Source of the DNA: Truepera sp.
GTDB taxonomy: Bacteria > Deinococcota > Deinococci > Deinococcales > Trueperaceae
Assembly: GCA_965218435.1 (NCBI GenBank)
Contig: CBDCKW010000005.1
Coordinates: 352,001 to 416,000 of the forward strand
DNA length: 64,000 nucleotides
Direction of reading: 5' to 3'
Below the pieces are notes generated by a model, which saw only the letters and a list, made by a program, of their open reading frames with translations, was not told the origin of the DNA and did not search any database. Shown here one piece after another: positions 1 through 8,702 of this stretch. A program made the translations under genes and the position numbers. Position 1 is the stretch's first letter. Each line of letters starts with the position of its first letter.

Positions 1-811
1 AGAGAAGCGTCATCTCGGGCGTCACGCTCCCTTCAGCGGCGGTCTGCAAAAACTGTGACTCGTAGACCATCACCAGCGGCGCTTTCCCCGGTCCCATCAC
101 CAGATAGTCTTCAAACGGTACCGCCGACGAGTATTCTTGAAACCCCTGCCGAAAGAATAGCGGTGAAATGAGGGGCATCACCGTACCCAGCTGCGCGTCG
201 TCTTGCACCACCGCGCCGCCGTTAGCGACGTAACTCATCAGTGACAGATACATCGCCGCCGAGTTGCTCCGCCGCACATCAGTCGAGGTGATCAATACGC
301 CCTTGTCCACATCATAGTTCGGGTTGTCCGCCAGCTCGCTCCAACGCTTTTTGGCCTCCATCAGCTTGAGCAGCGGCTGAAGCTCGAGGTAACGCACCTC
401 GCCCTCACGCCGCACCAGCCCATTGGCTTCTAACACGTCGGCAATCAGCGTCCACGACGCGACCGTCATCGGGGTAAAGAAAACATCGAATGAACTCTGC
501 ACGTCGCTCTCGCGGCGAATCTTTTCAGCGGCTGGGGACCCCGCCGGAAAGACAAAATCGTAATCCGATGCCTGATAATCGGTCGCAATCTGCCTCGAGC
601 CCGCCTTTTCGACCTCGACCTCGAGCCCGTTTTTGCGCAGCGCCGACTGCACCTGCTCATCGAGAAAAAAGTCCTCTTTTTCCGACCCGATAAGGCCCCG
701 CACCGTGATGACGCGGCGAGCACTGAGCTGACCGGTAATCGACACGTAGAGCCCAAGGCCGACCCCCGCGACAAGGAGGACGGTGAGCAGAGGCCCTAAA
801 AATCGTTTCAC
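1..811 (-). CDS. Membrane-anchored substrate-binding-domain protein, runs off the window edge
   Basis: Hand translation from GTG at 811 after an AGGAG RBS: MKRFLGPLLTVLLVAGVGLGLYV...GLIGSEKEDFF...TSTDVRRSNSAAMYL...GPGKAPLVMVYESQF, open to base 1. Not in the ORF track because it has no stop in the window. Confidence 0.65.
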   Translation of the reverse strand, partial: MKRFLGPLLTVLLVAGVGLGLYVSITGQLSARRVITVRGLIGSEKEDFFLDEQVQSALRKNGLEVEVEKAGSRQIATDYQASDYDFVFPAGSPAAEKIRRESDVQSSFDVFFTPMTVASWTLIADVLEANGLVRREGEVRYLELQPLLKLMEAKKRWSELADNPNYDVDKGVLITSTDVRRSNSAAMYLSLMSYVANGGAVVQDDAQLGTVMPLISPLFFRQGFQEYSSAVPFEDYLVMGPGKAPLVMVYESQFLQTAAEGSVTPEMTLL

Positions 812-1048
812 AGTGGTTGCTGGCTCCTATTCGCAAAAGACAAAGTAATCTAATAGTAGACCGAAACTACGTCAGAGGTATGTCAGAACTTTGCTTCCGG
901 GTGATGTCAGGTTCATGTAGTTGGGTAGCTGTCATGTGGGCGGCTCGAGCAAATACGCCAGCAAAAGGACCTCGGAGTGATAAACACTTTTCGGCACACG
1001 CTTTTTCACCTCACTACAGGTGGGTTCTATAAGTACGACATTCATAGT

Positions 1049-1077
1049 AAAAGGCCGGTAGCTTTCAGCTACCGGCC
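1049..1077 (-). terminator. Intrinsic terminator of the 1096..3621 gene
   Basis: GGCCGGTAGCT-TTC-AGCTACCGGCC 11-bp stem followed by a short U tract on the minus strand, just past the stop. Confidence 0.75.
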
Positions 1078-1095
1078 CAAAGGATCAAGGCAACA

Positions 1096-3621
1096 CTACT
1101 CGTCGTCGGCTAAAAACAGCACACTCTGAACCGGGTCGGTGGCAGCACTGCGAAAGCTGTTGATGGCCTCCGGCATCGCCAGCTCAGCGCCTTTGATCGC
1201 GCCCCACAAGATTTCGTTAAAGGTCTGTTCCTCAGCTCTTGAGAACTGGTCAGCTTCTTCATCTAGGTCTAGAGCCAGCGAGTCCTCGGCGCGGTAGGCG
1301 TCCGCTGGGTTCATTTCGCCCAGCGGCTGTTTTGGTGTAATTGCGGTGTACGGTGTCAGGTCAGGTGTATCGGTAAAGGCTGCAAACATCGGCGTGGCCT
1401 CGGCGTCGAACTGCGTCATCGGTGGCAAGCCGAGCATCAGCTCGAGCGTGCGTAAAAGCGAGACTGTCGAGTATTCGGTGTGATCCACGGTGCCACGTTT
1501 GACATAGGGCGAGATAGCGTAGCAAACGGTGCGGTGTGCGTCTACGTGGTCAGGGCCGTTCTGAGCGTCGTCTTCGATAACAAAAACTGCCGTACTCTTC
1601 CAATAGGGCGAGTTTGAGACGTGTTCGACAAGCCGCGCAAGCGCGAGGTCGTTGTCGGCCATCATCGCTTTAGGCGTCGGCATTTCAGGACGCGTCCCGG
1701 CGGTGTGATCGTTGGGTAAGCGGACGATCATCAGCTGCGGCAGGTTGTCTTGCGCCACGTATTTATCAAACTCACGTTTCCAGGCTTCGTAACGAGATTG
1801 GTCGGTGACCTCGAGGTTATACCCGGAGAAGTTCGGCGCGACATTGCCCTCAAGCGCGTTCTCGACCGAGCCGAAAGGTGCCGGTTCGACGTTAGGCGGC
1901 TCAGCCGAGGTAAATTCGCCGTAGACGCGGAAAGATACATTAGCTCTCGAGGCGAAATCCCATAAGTACCCACCTTCGGGAGCCGGGGCCGACGAGCCAC
2001 CCTCCCAATCATAAGCACGGTCGCGCCCGGAATAGCCGGTCGGCCAGGTTTTTTGTACATAGTCGGTAGCGACTGCGCCCACTGACCAGTTGTGCCCGTC
2101 CGGTGAGACTTCGGCGCTGACATAACAGTTGTCGAACAAGACAAACTGCTCAGCCAAGGCGTGATGGTTGGGCGCACTGTCCCGGCCGAAAAGCACCAAG
2201 CTCGGGTCGCCGTCACCTTGGGGTAAGTCGCCTAAAATCTGATCATAGGTACGGTTCTCTTTGATGACGTAAATCACGTGTTTGATCGGCGTTGGATCCC
2301 CCACACGTCGTGGGACAGCCCTGGCTTGCGTTTTCTTGGACGACCGGGTGAGCGTTTGCCTGGTCTCGTCGAAGCCGTTGTTTTGAACTACCTGGGCGGT
2401 GTGGCGGGTTAAAGTGTCCGCACCCGGCACAGGAATTACCGAGATTGTGCCTCGCGCCATGTTGCCGATGTACTGCTCATCGGGCGGGCTTTCGGCAAGG
2501 GTCGGATTGGCTCCCCTGGGGTTCGGCCCGGCCCCCAACCCTTTCATGTTCGTAACGTAGAGCCGCGTGCCGTCGTCTGACAGCGCCAGCGTGCTGGGAA
2601 ACCACGCCGTAGGGATAAGACCCTGCACCTCGAGCGTAGCCGTATCGACCACTGCAACGTCATTGTTGCCGCCGTTGGCGACGTAGAGCGTTTTGCCGTC
2701 TTTAGAAATCGTCAAGGCGTTCGGCATCGAGCCCATCGGCGCGTCCGGATACGGAGCCAGCTCGACTGTGCCCGTCACCTTGTCGGTCGCCGTATTGATG
2801 ACGCTTACGGTGTCGGAGTTTGTGTTCGTCACATAAAGCTGTTTTGCGCCTGGTGACAGCAAAAGGTCGGTAGCGTGTCCCCCCGTAGCGACGTGACCGG
2901 TGCGTTTTTGTTGGGCCACGTCAACGATGCTGACCCCGCCGCCGTTCCACTCCGAGACGTAGAGCTTGCTGCCATTTGGCGTAAGGGTAAGCTGATACGG
3001 CAACACCCCGATGTCTTCTTCGGAAGCGGGCGATGAGAGCCGGATACGTCCCTGCATTTTCCCGTTAGCCGTGTTGATAACGGCGACCGAATTGTCGAGG
3101 TTAAGGGCAGCGTAGAGCGTTTTGCCGTCTTCTGAAAGGGCCAAACCAGCAACAAACAAGTCGCCTTCGTCGTTATTATCGAGCATAATGGACTCACGTT
3201 CTTGAAGCCCTTGCTCACCAAGGTCGTAAACGCGAATCTTGTCGTTGGCTCCGGCTGAGGCGTAAACCTTTGAACCGTCTTGCGAAACGACGACGCCCAA
3301 AAAGAGTGCTTCGGGGGTAGCGTAAGGAATCTCCTGCACCACCTTATCGGTATAGGTATCGAAAAGCACCAAGCTCTGAACGCCCTGGCCGTTGTTCGAT
3401 ACGAGTAGGTAGCGACCGTCCGGGGTCGCGGTCATGCCCATCGGTCTGTCGCCAATTTCGACTTGCAAGCCTGCCGGGGTGAGCTGCCAGTGGTCGGGGG
3501 TTTCACCGGTGGCAACAGGGTTTGGCCCGACACGACCGGGGTCACTCACCATTTGAGCGCTGACGATGCCCAGCGCAGCTAAAAGTACTGTCAAATAAGC
3601 TTTCATCTCTACCTCTTTCAC
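1096..3621 (-). CDS. Secreted YVTN/YncE beta-propeller fused to a phosphoesterase (alkaline phosphatase superfamily) domain
   Basis: Signal peptide; repeated LYVxNxxxxxVSVIDT blades; IKHVIYVIKENRTYDQ, LPNDHTAG and EDDAQNGPDHVDAHR motifs. Confidence 0.85.
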   Translation of the reverse strand: MKEVEMKAYLTVLLAALGIVSAQMVSDPGRVGPNPVATGETPDHWQLTPAGLQVEIGDRPMGMTATPDGRYLLVSNNGQGVQSLVLFDTYTDKVVQEIPYATPEALFLGVVVSQDGSKVYASAGANDKIRVYDLGEQGLQERESIMLDNNDEGDLFVAGLALSEDGKTLYAALNLDNSVAVINTANGKMQGRIRLSSPASEEDIGVLPYQLTLTPNGSKLYVSEWNGGGVSIVDVAQQKRTGHVATGGHATDLLLSPGAKQLYVTNTNSDTVSVINTATDKVTGTVELAPYPDAPMGSMPNALTISKDGKTLYVANGGNNDVAVVDTATLEVQGLIPTAWFPSTLALSDDGTRLYVTNMKGLGAGPNPRGANPTLAESPPDEQYIGNMARGTISVIPVPGADTLTRHTAQVVQNNGFDETRQTLTRSSKKTQARAVPRRVGDPTPIKHVIYVIKENRTYDQILGDLPQGDGDPSLVLFGRDSAPNHHALAEQFVLFDNCYVSAEVSPDGHNWSVGAVATDYVQKTWPTGYSGRDRAYDWEGGSSAPAPEGGYLWDFASRANVSFRVYGEFTSAEPPNVEPAPFGSVENALEGNVAPNFSGYNLEVTDQSRYEAWKREFDKYVAQDNLPQLMIVRLPNDHTAGTRPEMPTPKAMMADNDLALARLVEHVSNSPYWKSTAVFVIEDDAQNGPDHVDAHRTVCYAISPYVKRGTVDHTEYSTVSLLRTLELMLGLPPMTQFDAEATPMFAAFTDTPDLTPYTAITPKQPLGEMNPADAYRAEDSLALDLDEEADQFSRAEEQTFNEILWGAIKGAELAMPEAINSFRSAATDPVQSVLFLADDE

Positions 3622-3891
3622 GTTGGCTTACCAAGTACGGCTGTCCGGACGAGTTCACCTTAGTGCCGCTACGTCAGATGAGCATCAGTTATGGAGGTTC
3701 TACTTCACTAAGAAAACACTTTGTGGTGTTCGTATGAAACTTTCCAAACGTTTTAAGCTAAGCTTTGAAGCTGCGGCCGCAGTTCAGTACAAATATAGCT
3801 ATGACTTCTAACGCCACGCTTTCTACTTTTGTTCTCAAACCTTAGTCAGCGAGAATCGCTCTCTGAACACGTACTACTTACAGCTGTAATG

Positions 3892-3921
3892 CAAGACCGC
3901 TTACAGCTGTAAGCGGTCTTG
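3892..3921. repeat. Perfect 30-bp palindrome (terminator or operator)
   Basis: CAAGACCGCTTACAG/CTGTAAGCGGTCTTG; its core TTACAGCTGTAA is also present at 3878-3889. Confidence 0.7.
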
Positions 3922-4224
3922 TGACATAGATGGCGGGCTCAGGTATGGTCACCAGGCATGGTTGTGGTAACGCCTCACGTGCTCGGCCCACCTTAAGCAC
4001 GTCTAGAAAAGTCTAAAAAAGTATCGCTGCATAGAACGGTCCGGCTGTCCTGCTCGTACATGTTGTTACCGCATACCGCATCGCATTTACGTCAGAAACA
4101 GACAAATCTGTCTAGACGACAGCACCGCAATGCTTTCAGCTACAGAGTCGGCAAGACCACTGCAAAGCATTCTCCAAAATACGCAACGGTTTGGGTGCCA
4201 GCTATGAGGTTCTATGATCCGTGG

Positions 4225-5838
4225 TTACTGGCCACTACCCCCGCTTGCAGCGTTGTCATCCTGTTGTGCCCGCTCGGTTAGGTTTAAGGCGTAGTTCATC
4301 ACCTGAAACAGATAGTTCTGTTCGATCACGCCGCGTACTAAGTATGAACGGGGACCTACGGCGTAGGCTGCCACATCGGTGCCGCCGTGGGTTTCGCTGT
4401 CTAAAGGCACAAGCGCCTGCTGCAAGTAGTCTTTGTCTTGAACTTTCGTACCTGCCAGGTTGGGGCGTTGCGGCGCACGTCCGGTACCCTCTGGGACGGT
4501 ACCGTCGTCGTTTTCCTCAGCGTAGTAGATCGATCCCGGACCGTTTAAAAACCCCAAAGTGGTATAGGGTTTACCGTCTTGGGCCATTACGACTTCGGAC
4601 TTGCCGGTCTCTTCGTTGACCGCCTTGACGAGTCCAAGGATCGGGTTGCCGCGCTCAGGGTAACCGGCAAACGCCAGCGTGTGCCCGTGGTCGGAAGTGA
4701 CGAGGATAAGGGTGTCCTCGAGGTTCACCTTATCGAGCGTCATTTGAATCGTCTTAGCAAACTCGATGTTATCGGTTAGCGCACGGTAGGCGTTATTGGC
4801 GTGCAGCGCGTGGTCAACGCGGCCCGCTTCGACTTGCAGTACATAACCGGCATCATTTTTGGACAAAATGTCAATCGCCTTAGCGGTCATTTCAGAGAGC
4901 GACGGCTCACCCGCAGTGTCGTCCTCGCGGTCAGCTTCGTACTGCATGTGCGAAGGTTCAAAGAGCCCTAACAGATGGTCGGTCGTTGCCGGGTCAACGG
5001 CGTCGAACTGCTTTTTGTTCCAGACGTAGGCAGCGTTGTCGTACTGGCTCGTCCACTTTTTAGTAAGGTTTTGGCCGTCTAGCCGCGCGCCCATCTCTTC
5101 AGAGTCTTCGGGGTCGGTCATTGTCTCGGGTAAGAAGTTCGGACGGCCTCCACCCATCGCGACCTCGAGGCCGTCCCCATAAGGAAACGCCAGCAGCTGC
5201 GCCGCGATGTCTGTACAACCGTTTTGTTTGGCCTCGTCGCTCAGGTCGGCGTCCGACTCCCAGTCGCGATTGGCGGTATGGGCGTAATTGGCAGCAGGCG
5301 TCGCGTGCGTCAGGCGAGCGGTTGAAACCGTACCGGTAGACATTCCAGCTATCTCTGCAAGCTCGAAAATCGAAGTAACCGTATTGCCTTTTTGTGACGC
5401 GCAGTTGTCGTGCTTCACCTGAGCGTTCACGCCAATAGTGCCGTTGTTGCTCTTGACCCCACTGTTCCACGCGGTGGCGGTCGGCGCGGAGTCGGGAACT
5501 TGCGAATCGGCGGTGTAGGTCTTGACCAAGGCGACGTTAGGAAACGTGTCGTAGCTGAGGACGTTCTCCTCACCGCTCATCCCTTTTTGCTGACCGTCTA
5601 AGATGCGCGTCGCGGTAATACTTACCGGGTCGGCACCATCGGCAATAAAGATGATGACGTTTTTGGCCTGATTGGTGTTGGGCTGGATTTTGAGCAGCTG
5701 CTGCAAGGTCTGCTGGCTCTGCTTGTACCATTCGTTCTGGCTTTGGGCAAGTGGACCAGCGCCCTGCGCCGACGCGGTTCCTAGTGCCAGGGCTGGAACA
5801 AGAACGGCTGACACGACTAGACGGGCCGAAGTGCTCAT
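4225..5838 (-). CDS. phoA: Alkaline phosphatase (PhoA family)
   Basis: Signal peptide; AKNVIIFIADG, VPDSAPTATA (catalytic Ser), THATPAA, EAGRVDHALH, SDHGH and ETHGGTDV motifs. Confidence 0.9.
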   Translation of the reverse strand: MSTSARLVVSAVLVPALALGTASAQGAGPLAQSQNEWYKQSQQTLQQLLKIQPNTNQAKNVIIFIADGADPVSITATRILDGQQKGMSGEENVLSYDTFPNVALVKTYTADSQVPDSAPTATAWNSGVKSNNGTIGVNAQVKHDNCASQKGNTVTSIFELAEIAGMSTGTVSTARLTHATPAANYAHTANRDWESDADLSDEAKQNGCTDIAAQLLAFPYGDGLEVAMGGGRPNFLPETMTDPEDSEEMGARLDGQNLTKKWTSQYDNAAYVWNKKQFDAVDPATTDHLLGLFEPSHMQYEADREDDTAGEPSLSEMTAKAIDILSKNDAGYVLQVEAGRVDHALHANNAYRALTDNIEFAKTIQMTLDKVNLEDTLILVTSDHGHTLAFAGYPERGNPILGLVKAVNEETGKSEVVMAQDGKPYTTLGFLNGPGSIYYAEENDDGTVPEGTGRAPQRPNLAGTKVQDKDYLQQALVPLDSETHGGTDVAAYAVGPRSYLVRGVIEQNYLFQVMNYALNLTERAQQDDNAASGGSGQ

Positions 5839-5977
5839 AGTGCCTCCTCGAGACAGCGGGGCAGTCTAGTTAAGCGCCCACCTGACGGTCTCAGAAGCCG
5901 AGCTTAAGTAAGAAATGTCAGCCGCGCGTAAGCTCGGGCGCTGACGCGCAGCTTACAAATAGACATTAGGTTAGACC

Positions 5978-6370
5978 ATGACCCACAAACTGATCGCGTT
6001 TTTGCTCCTAGCAACCTCTATCGTTGGACACGCCGAGAAGGTAGTACCGGGCAGCCTTCAAGACGTGCAGGCACAAAAACTGTTCGAAGCCTTAAACGCT
6101 GTTCAGGTGGAGTGTCCCGCGTCTCTAGCAGGAATAGAGAGTGACGTGCTGTGCGCCACCACCGCCCAAGACGCACCGACCTTTAGAACGATTGTGGACG
6201 CGAACACCGCGCACCTCAAACCGGTCAGCCTCTGGGCGTCGTACACCAATAAGCACGACCAGCAGCGGTCTTACCTCTATAAAGATGGCTTTATGACCCT
6301 GACCTATTTTCAAGACAAGGCCACGGGTCGCAACTTTATAGTCGTCCAGTACGTGATGCCCCACGATTAG
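5978..6370 (+). CDS. Small secreted hypothetical protein, probably leaderless
   Basis: Signal peptide, two Cys; TAGGTT lies 5 nt before the ATG. Confidence 0.65.
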   Translation: MTHKLIAFLLLATSIVGHAEKVVPGSLQDVQAQKLFEALNAVQVECPASLAGIESDVLCATTAQDAPTFRTIVDANTAHLKPVSLWASYTNKHDQQRSYLYKDGFMTLTYFQDKATGRNFIVVQYVMPHD

Positions 6371-7079
6371 ATACAGACCAACCGCAATAGGTTGCTCACT
6401 TAAGGTTGACCTGCTTGGCGACTTTTTCGTACTTCCGCTGACGTGGCGACCTCGAACCGTCGTCTCCTTACAGGCTTAGGAAGCTCTTTGTGCGCTGACG
6501 CTATCCGAACATGTTCGGGTCTACACTGGCTTTAGCTCATGCCCCTTGAGCGGCGTATAGGCGAGCGGTCCTATGCGCTTTTGCTGGCCTCAAGCTGCAG
6601 GTTTTGTTTGCCCTATACCGCCTTCCTAACATACAATTCTTGAGGACGTTTCCCCTAAGTGTTAGCTTTGTATACTCTAAAAGCCGTGCGTGGATTACCG
6701 TCAGTGGTAGACGCACGGCCTTGCTATCCTGATGTTGATGCCACGCTTTATTGGTAGCTTTCCTTACCTCTGCCGCTGACCATACTGCAAACAAAGCCAC
6801 CGACCTACACGAGAGCAGGAGCGGCAACAACGAAACTTTAGAGGCGTGCAACGGGCGCAACGCTTCCTCTTCACTCACGCCGAGGTCGGAAACCTCTTCC
6901 GTCCCACCCGTACAGGCATCTCTGCTCGGCTACGACGGCGCACCTTGATCCGTGGCTTCAACTTGTGGAACGAGCTGTCGCTTTCAGTTCCCTAATAATC
7001 AAACGAGACCGCTGAAATTACCAAGCCGTCGTAGCTTGCCTTGCTCCATCCAAAACAACTTGATCCTGGTATGTCGTTG

Positions 7080-8018
7080 TCAAGTAGAAGTGAGACTCAA
7101 AACAGGATATTTGGTCCGACTCAGATGTCTAAAAAGCTCACGAGCGATATAGGTTTTCAGGATCCGTAGTGAAGCCCGCTGTGTCTTTCCACGAGCTTTA
7201 AGTTTTGCTAACAGTGCCCTGGTCCTTTTATCACAACGGCTTCTCGTCAGCGCAACGATGTGCAGCGCCCAATTCAAGCGACGGTGGCAACCGTAGTTGA
7301 GTTGCATCCGGCTATTTCTACCGCTGCCTCGTTCTACTGGAGCAGCGCCGCAGTAGCTGGCGAACTGGCCTTCGTTGGCGAACCGCCCAATATTGCCTAC
7401 TTCACCTAGGATGACGCTGGCCACCACGGATCCGACGCCTAAAAGCTCCAGCAGTGTAGGAGCAAAGGTCTTCACCATCATCTTCATCTGTGTGGACAAC
7501 TCGGCTAATTGACTCTCTAAAACTTGAATCACCTGCACTAAGGCAGAGCGAGCAGAGGAACCGCCGGCAAGGGCTTGCAACGCCATCTTGTTGGCTTTAA
7601 GTTGCTCGGATAGGCGGCGTTGTGTCCGGGTAAGGTCTTGAAACTCCCGCTGGGATTGGCTAGGTCGAAACACGGGCAGTTCAGGATTTGCTAGAAGCGC
7701 CCTGGCGGCATTTGAAGCGTCCACAACATCATTCTTCTTCCGGCTTAAACGAGCCCGGTATTGACTCGTGAGGTTCGGAGGAATGTGGTGGACGACCTCA
7801 CCGTGCTCGAGTAACGCGCTTACAAACGGCAAGATGAAACGGTTACCTGCGCCTTCGATAGCCCAACGACGCTTCACGAAAGGAAGCGCGAACTGGTGAA
7901 GTCGTGCCAAACCCGCGGCGTCATTCGAGACTGTCAAAGCTGTGAGCGTTACGCCGTTCTTGTCTAGGGCAGCTACGGTATGGCTGTCTGGATGCGGATC
8001 AAGACCTATCGTGATCAT
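7080..8018 (-). CDS. IS110-family DEDD recombinase/transposase
   Basis: IGLDPHPDSH, WAIEG, KKNDVVDA (DEDD); LGVGSVVA, FASYCGAAPVERGSG (Tnp-domain Ser). Confidence 0.93.
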   Translation of the reverse strand: MITIGLDPHPDSHTVAALDKNGVTLTALTVSNDAAGLARLHQFALPFVKRRWAIEGAGNRFILPFVSALLEHGEVVHHIPPNLTSQYRARLSRKKNDVVDASNAARALLANPELPVFRPSQSQREFQDLTRTQRRLSEQLKANKMALQALAGGSSARSALVQVIQVLESQLAELSTQMKMMVKTFAPTLLELLGVGSVVASVILGEVGNIGRFANEGQFASYCGAAPVERGSGRNSRMQLNYGCHRRLNWALHIVALTRSRCDKRTRALLAKLKARGKTQRASLRILKTYIARELFRHLSRTKYPVLSLTST

Positions 8019-8034
8019 GCGCTACCTCCTATGA

Positions 8035-8185
8035 TGAGGCAGGCACAGCGTACGCATGTCTGAACGGATCATGCCAACGTATCGGCACCCTGGTATCCGG
8101 CGATGCGCCGTGCCCCACTCATAGCGGGGTGTGCAAATCAAGTTGTGGCCATAAACGGCTGACGGAACCTGGGCAACACCCCATG
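8035..8185 (-). ncRNA. Putative IS110 bridge RNA 1 (ends approximate)
   Basis: Structured non-coding end with segments matching the element's flanks (GGTTCCGTC, reverse complement of TCAAGTTG) and its donor ends (ATACCAGG, reverse complement of TCTG). Confidence 0.8.
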
Positions 8186-8198
8186 CTTGTTATACAGA

Positions 8199-8372
8199 CG
8201 GAGCCCCCTGCCGCTTGCGCTCGCCACACTTCGGGGCCTGTACCCGGGGCAGGCCGAGTGGAACCTCATCATGGCTGGCGCAGTTATCACCGTTCTTCCA
8301 ACGATCCTTGTGTTCTTGTTTGCCCAACGTTGGGTGGTCGAAGGTGTGGCTGCTTCGGGGCTGAAGGGGTAG
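8199..8372 (+). pseudogene. 3' fragment of a carbohydrate ABC transporter permease
   Basis: LPLALATLRG...WNLIMAGAVITVLPTILVFLFAQRWVVEGVAASGLKG* is a typical MalG-type C-terminus; the 5' part is missing. Confidence 0.8.
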
Positions 8373-8629
8373 ACGTACCGTTCTCGCCCTATGCAGCTAC
8401 GGTGTGACTGTTTGGGTGGGGATCAAGACCAATGGCAATCATGCTGCCTTACATCTCATATGAGAAGGCGGACACGGCATGCGCACGTCTGAAGGGATCA
8501 AGCCTTATGGCACCCTGTTATCTGGCGATGCGCCGTACCCCACTTATGGGTGAGGGTATGCAGATCAAGTTATGGCCACACTGTCGGGGCTGACGCAACC
8601 CGGGCAAAACCCTCAGCTTGTTACACAGA
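8373..8629 (-). mobile_element. Truncated second IS110: intact non-coding left end plus about 24 transposase codons with a premature TAG
   Basis: From 8442: MIAIGLDPHPNSHTVAA*GENGTS versus MITIGLDPHPDSHTVAALDKNGVT in the full copy; upstream non-coding region homologous to 8019-8198. Confidence 0.85.
8465..8617 (-). ncRNA. Putative orphan IS110 bridge RNA 2 (ends approximate)
   Basis: Same scaffold as 8035-8185 with altered loops; guide GGTTGCGTC (8592-8600) is identical to its own flank plus core (8628-8636). Confidence 0.75.
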
Positions 8630-8702
8630 CGCAACCCATAAAGGTGCTGGGCATGCTCCACGTTAGGAGAGCGAACGGCGTACGGTCGCCGCGAGCCTCG
8701 AG

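Larger units (their letters stand above)
7062..8198 (-). mobile_element. IS110-family element (IS110 group, long non-coding left end)
   Basis: Transposase plus about 180 bp of upstream non-coding end; TC core dinucleotide at both ends (GA on + at 7062-7063 and 8197-8198); no terminal inverted repeats. Confidence 0.85.
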
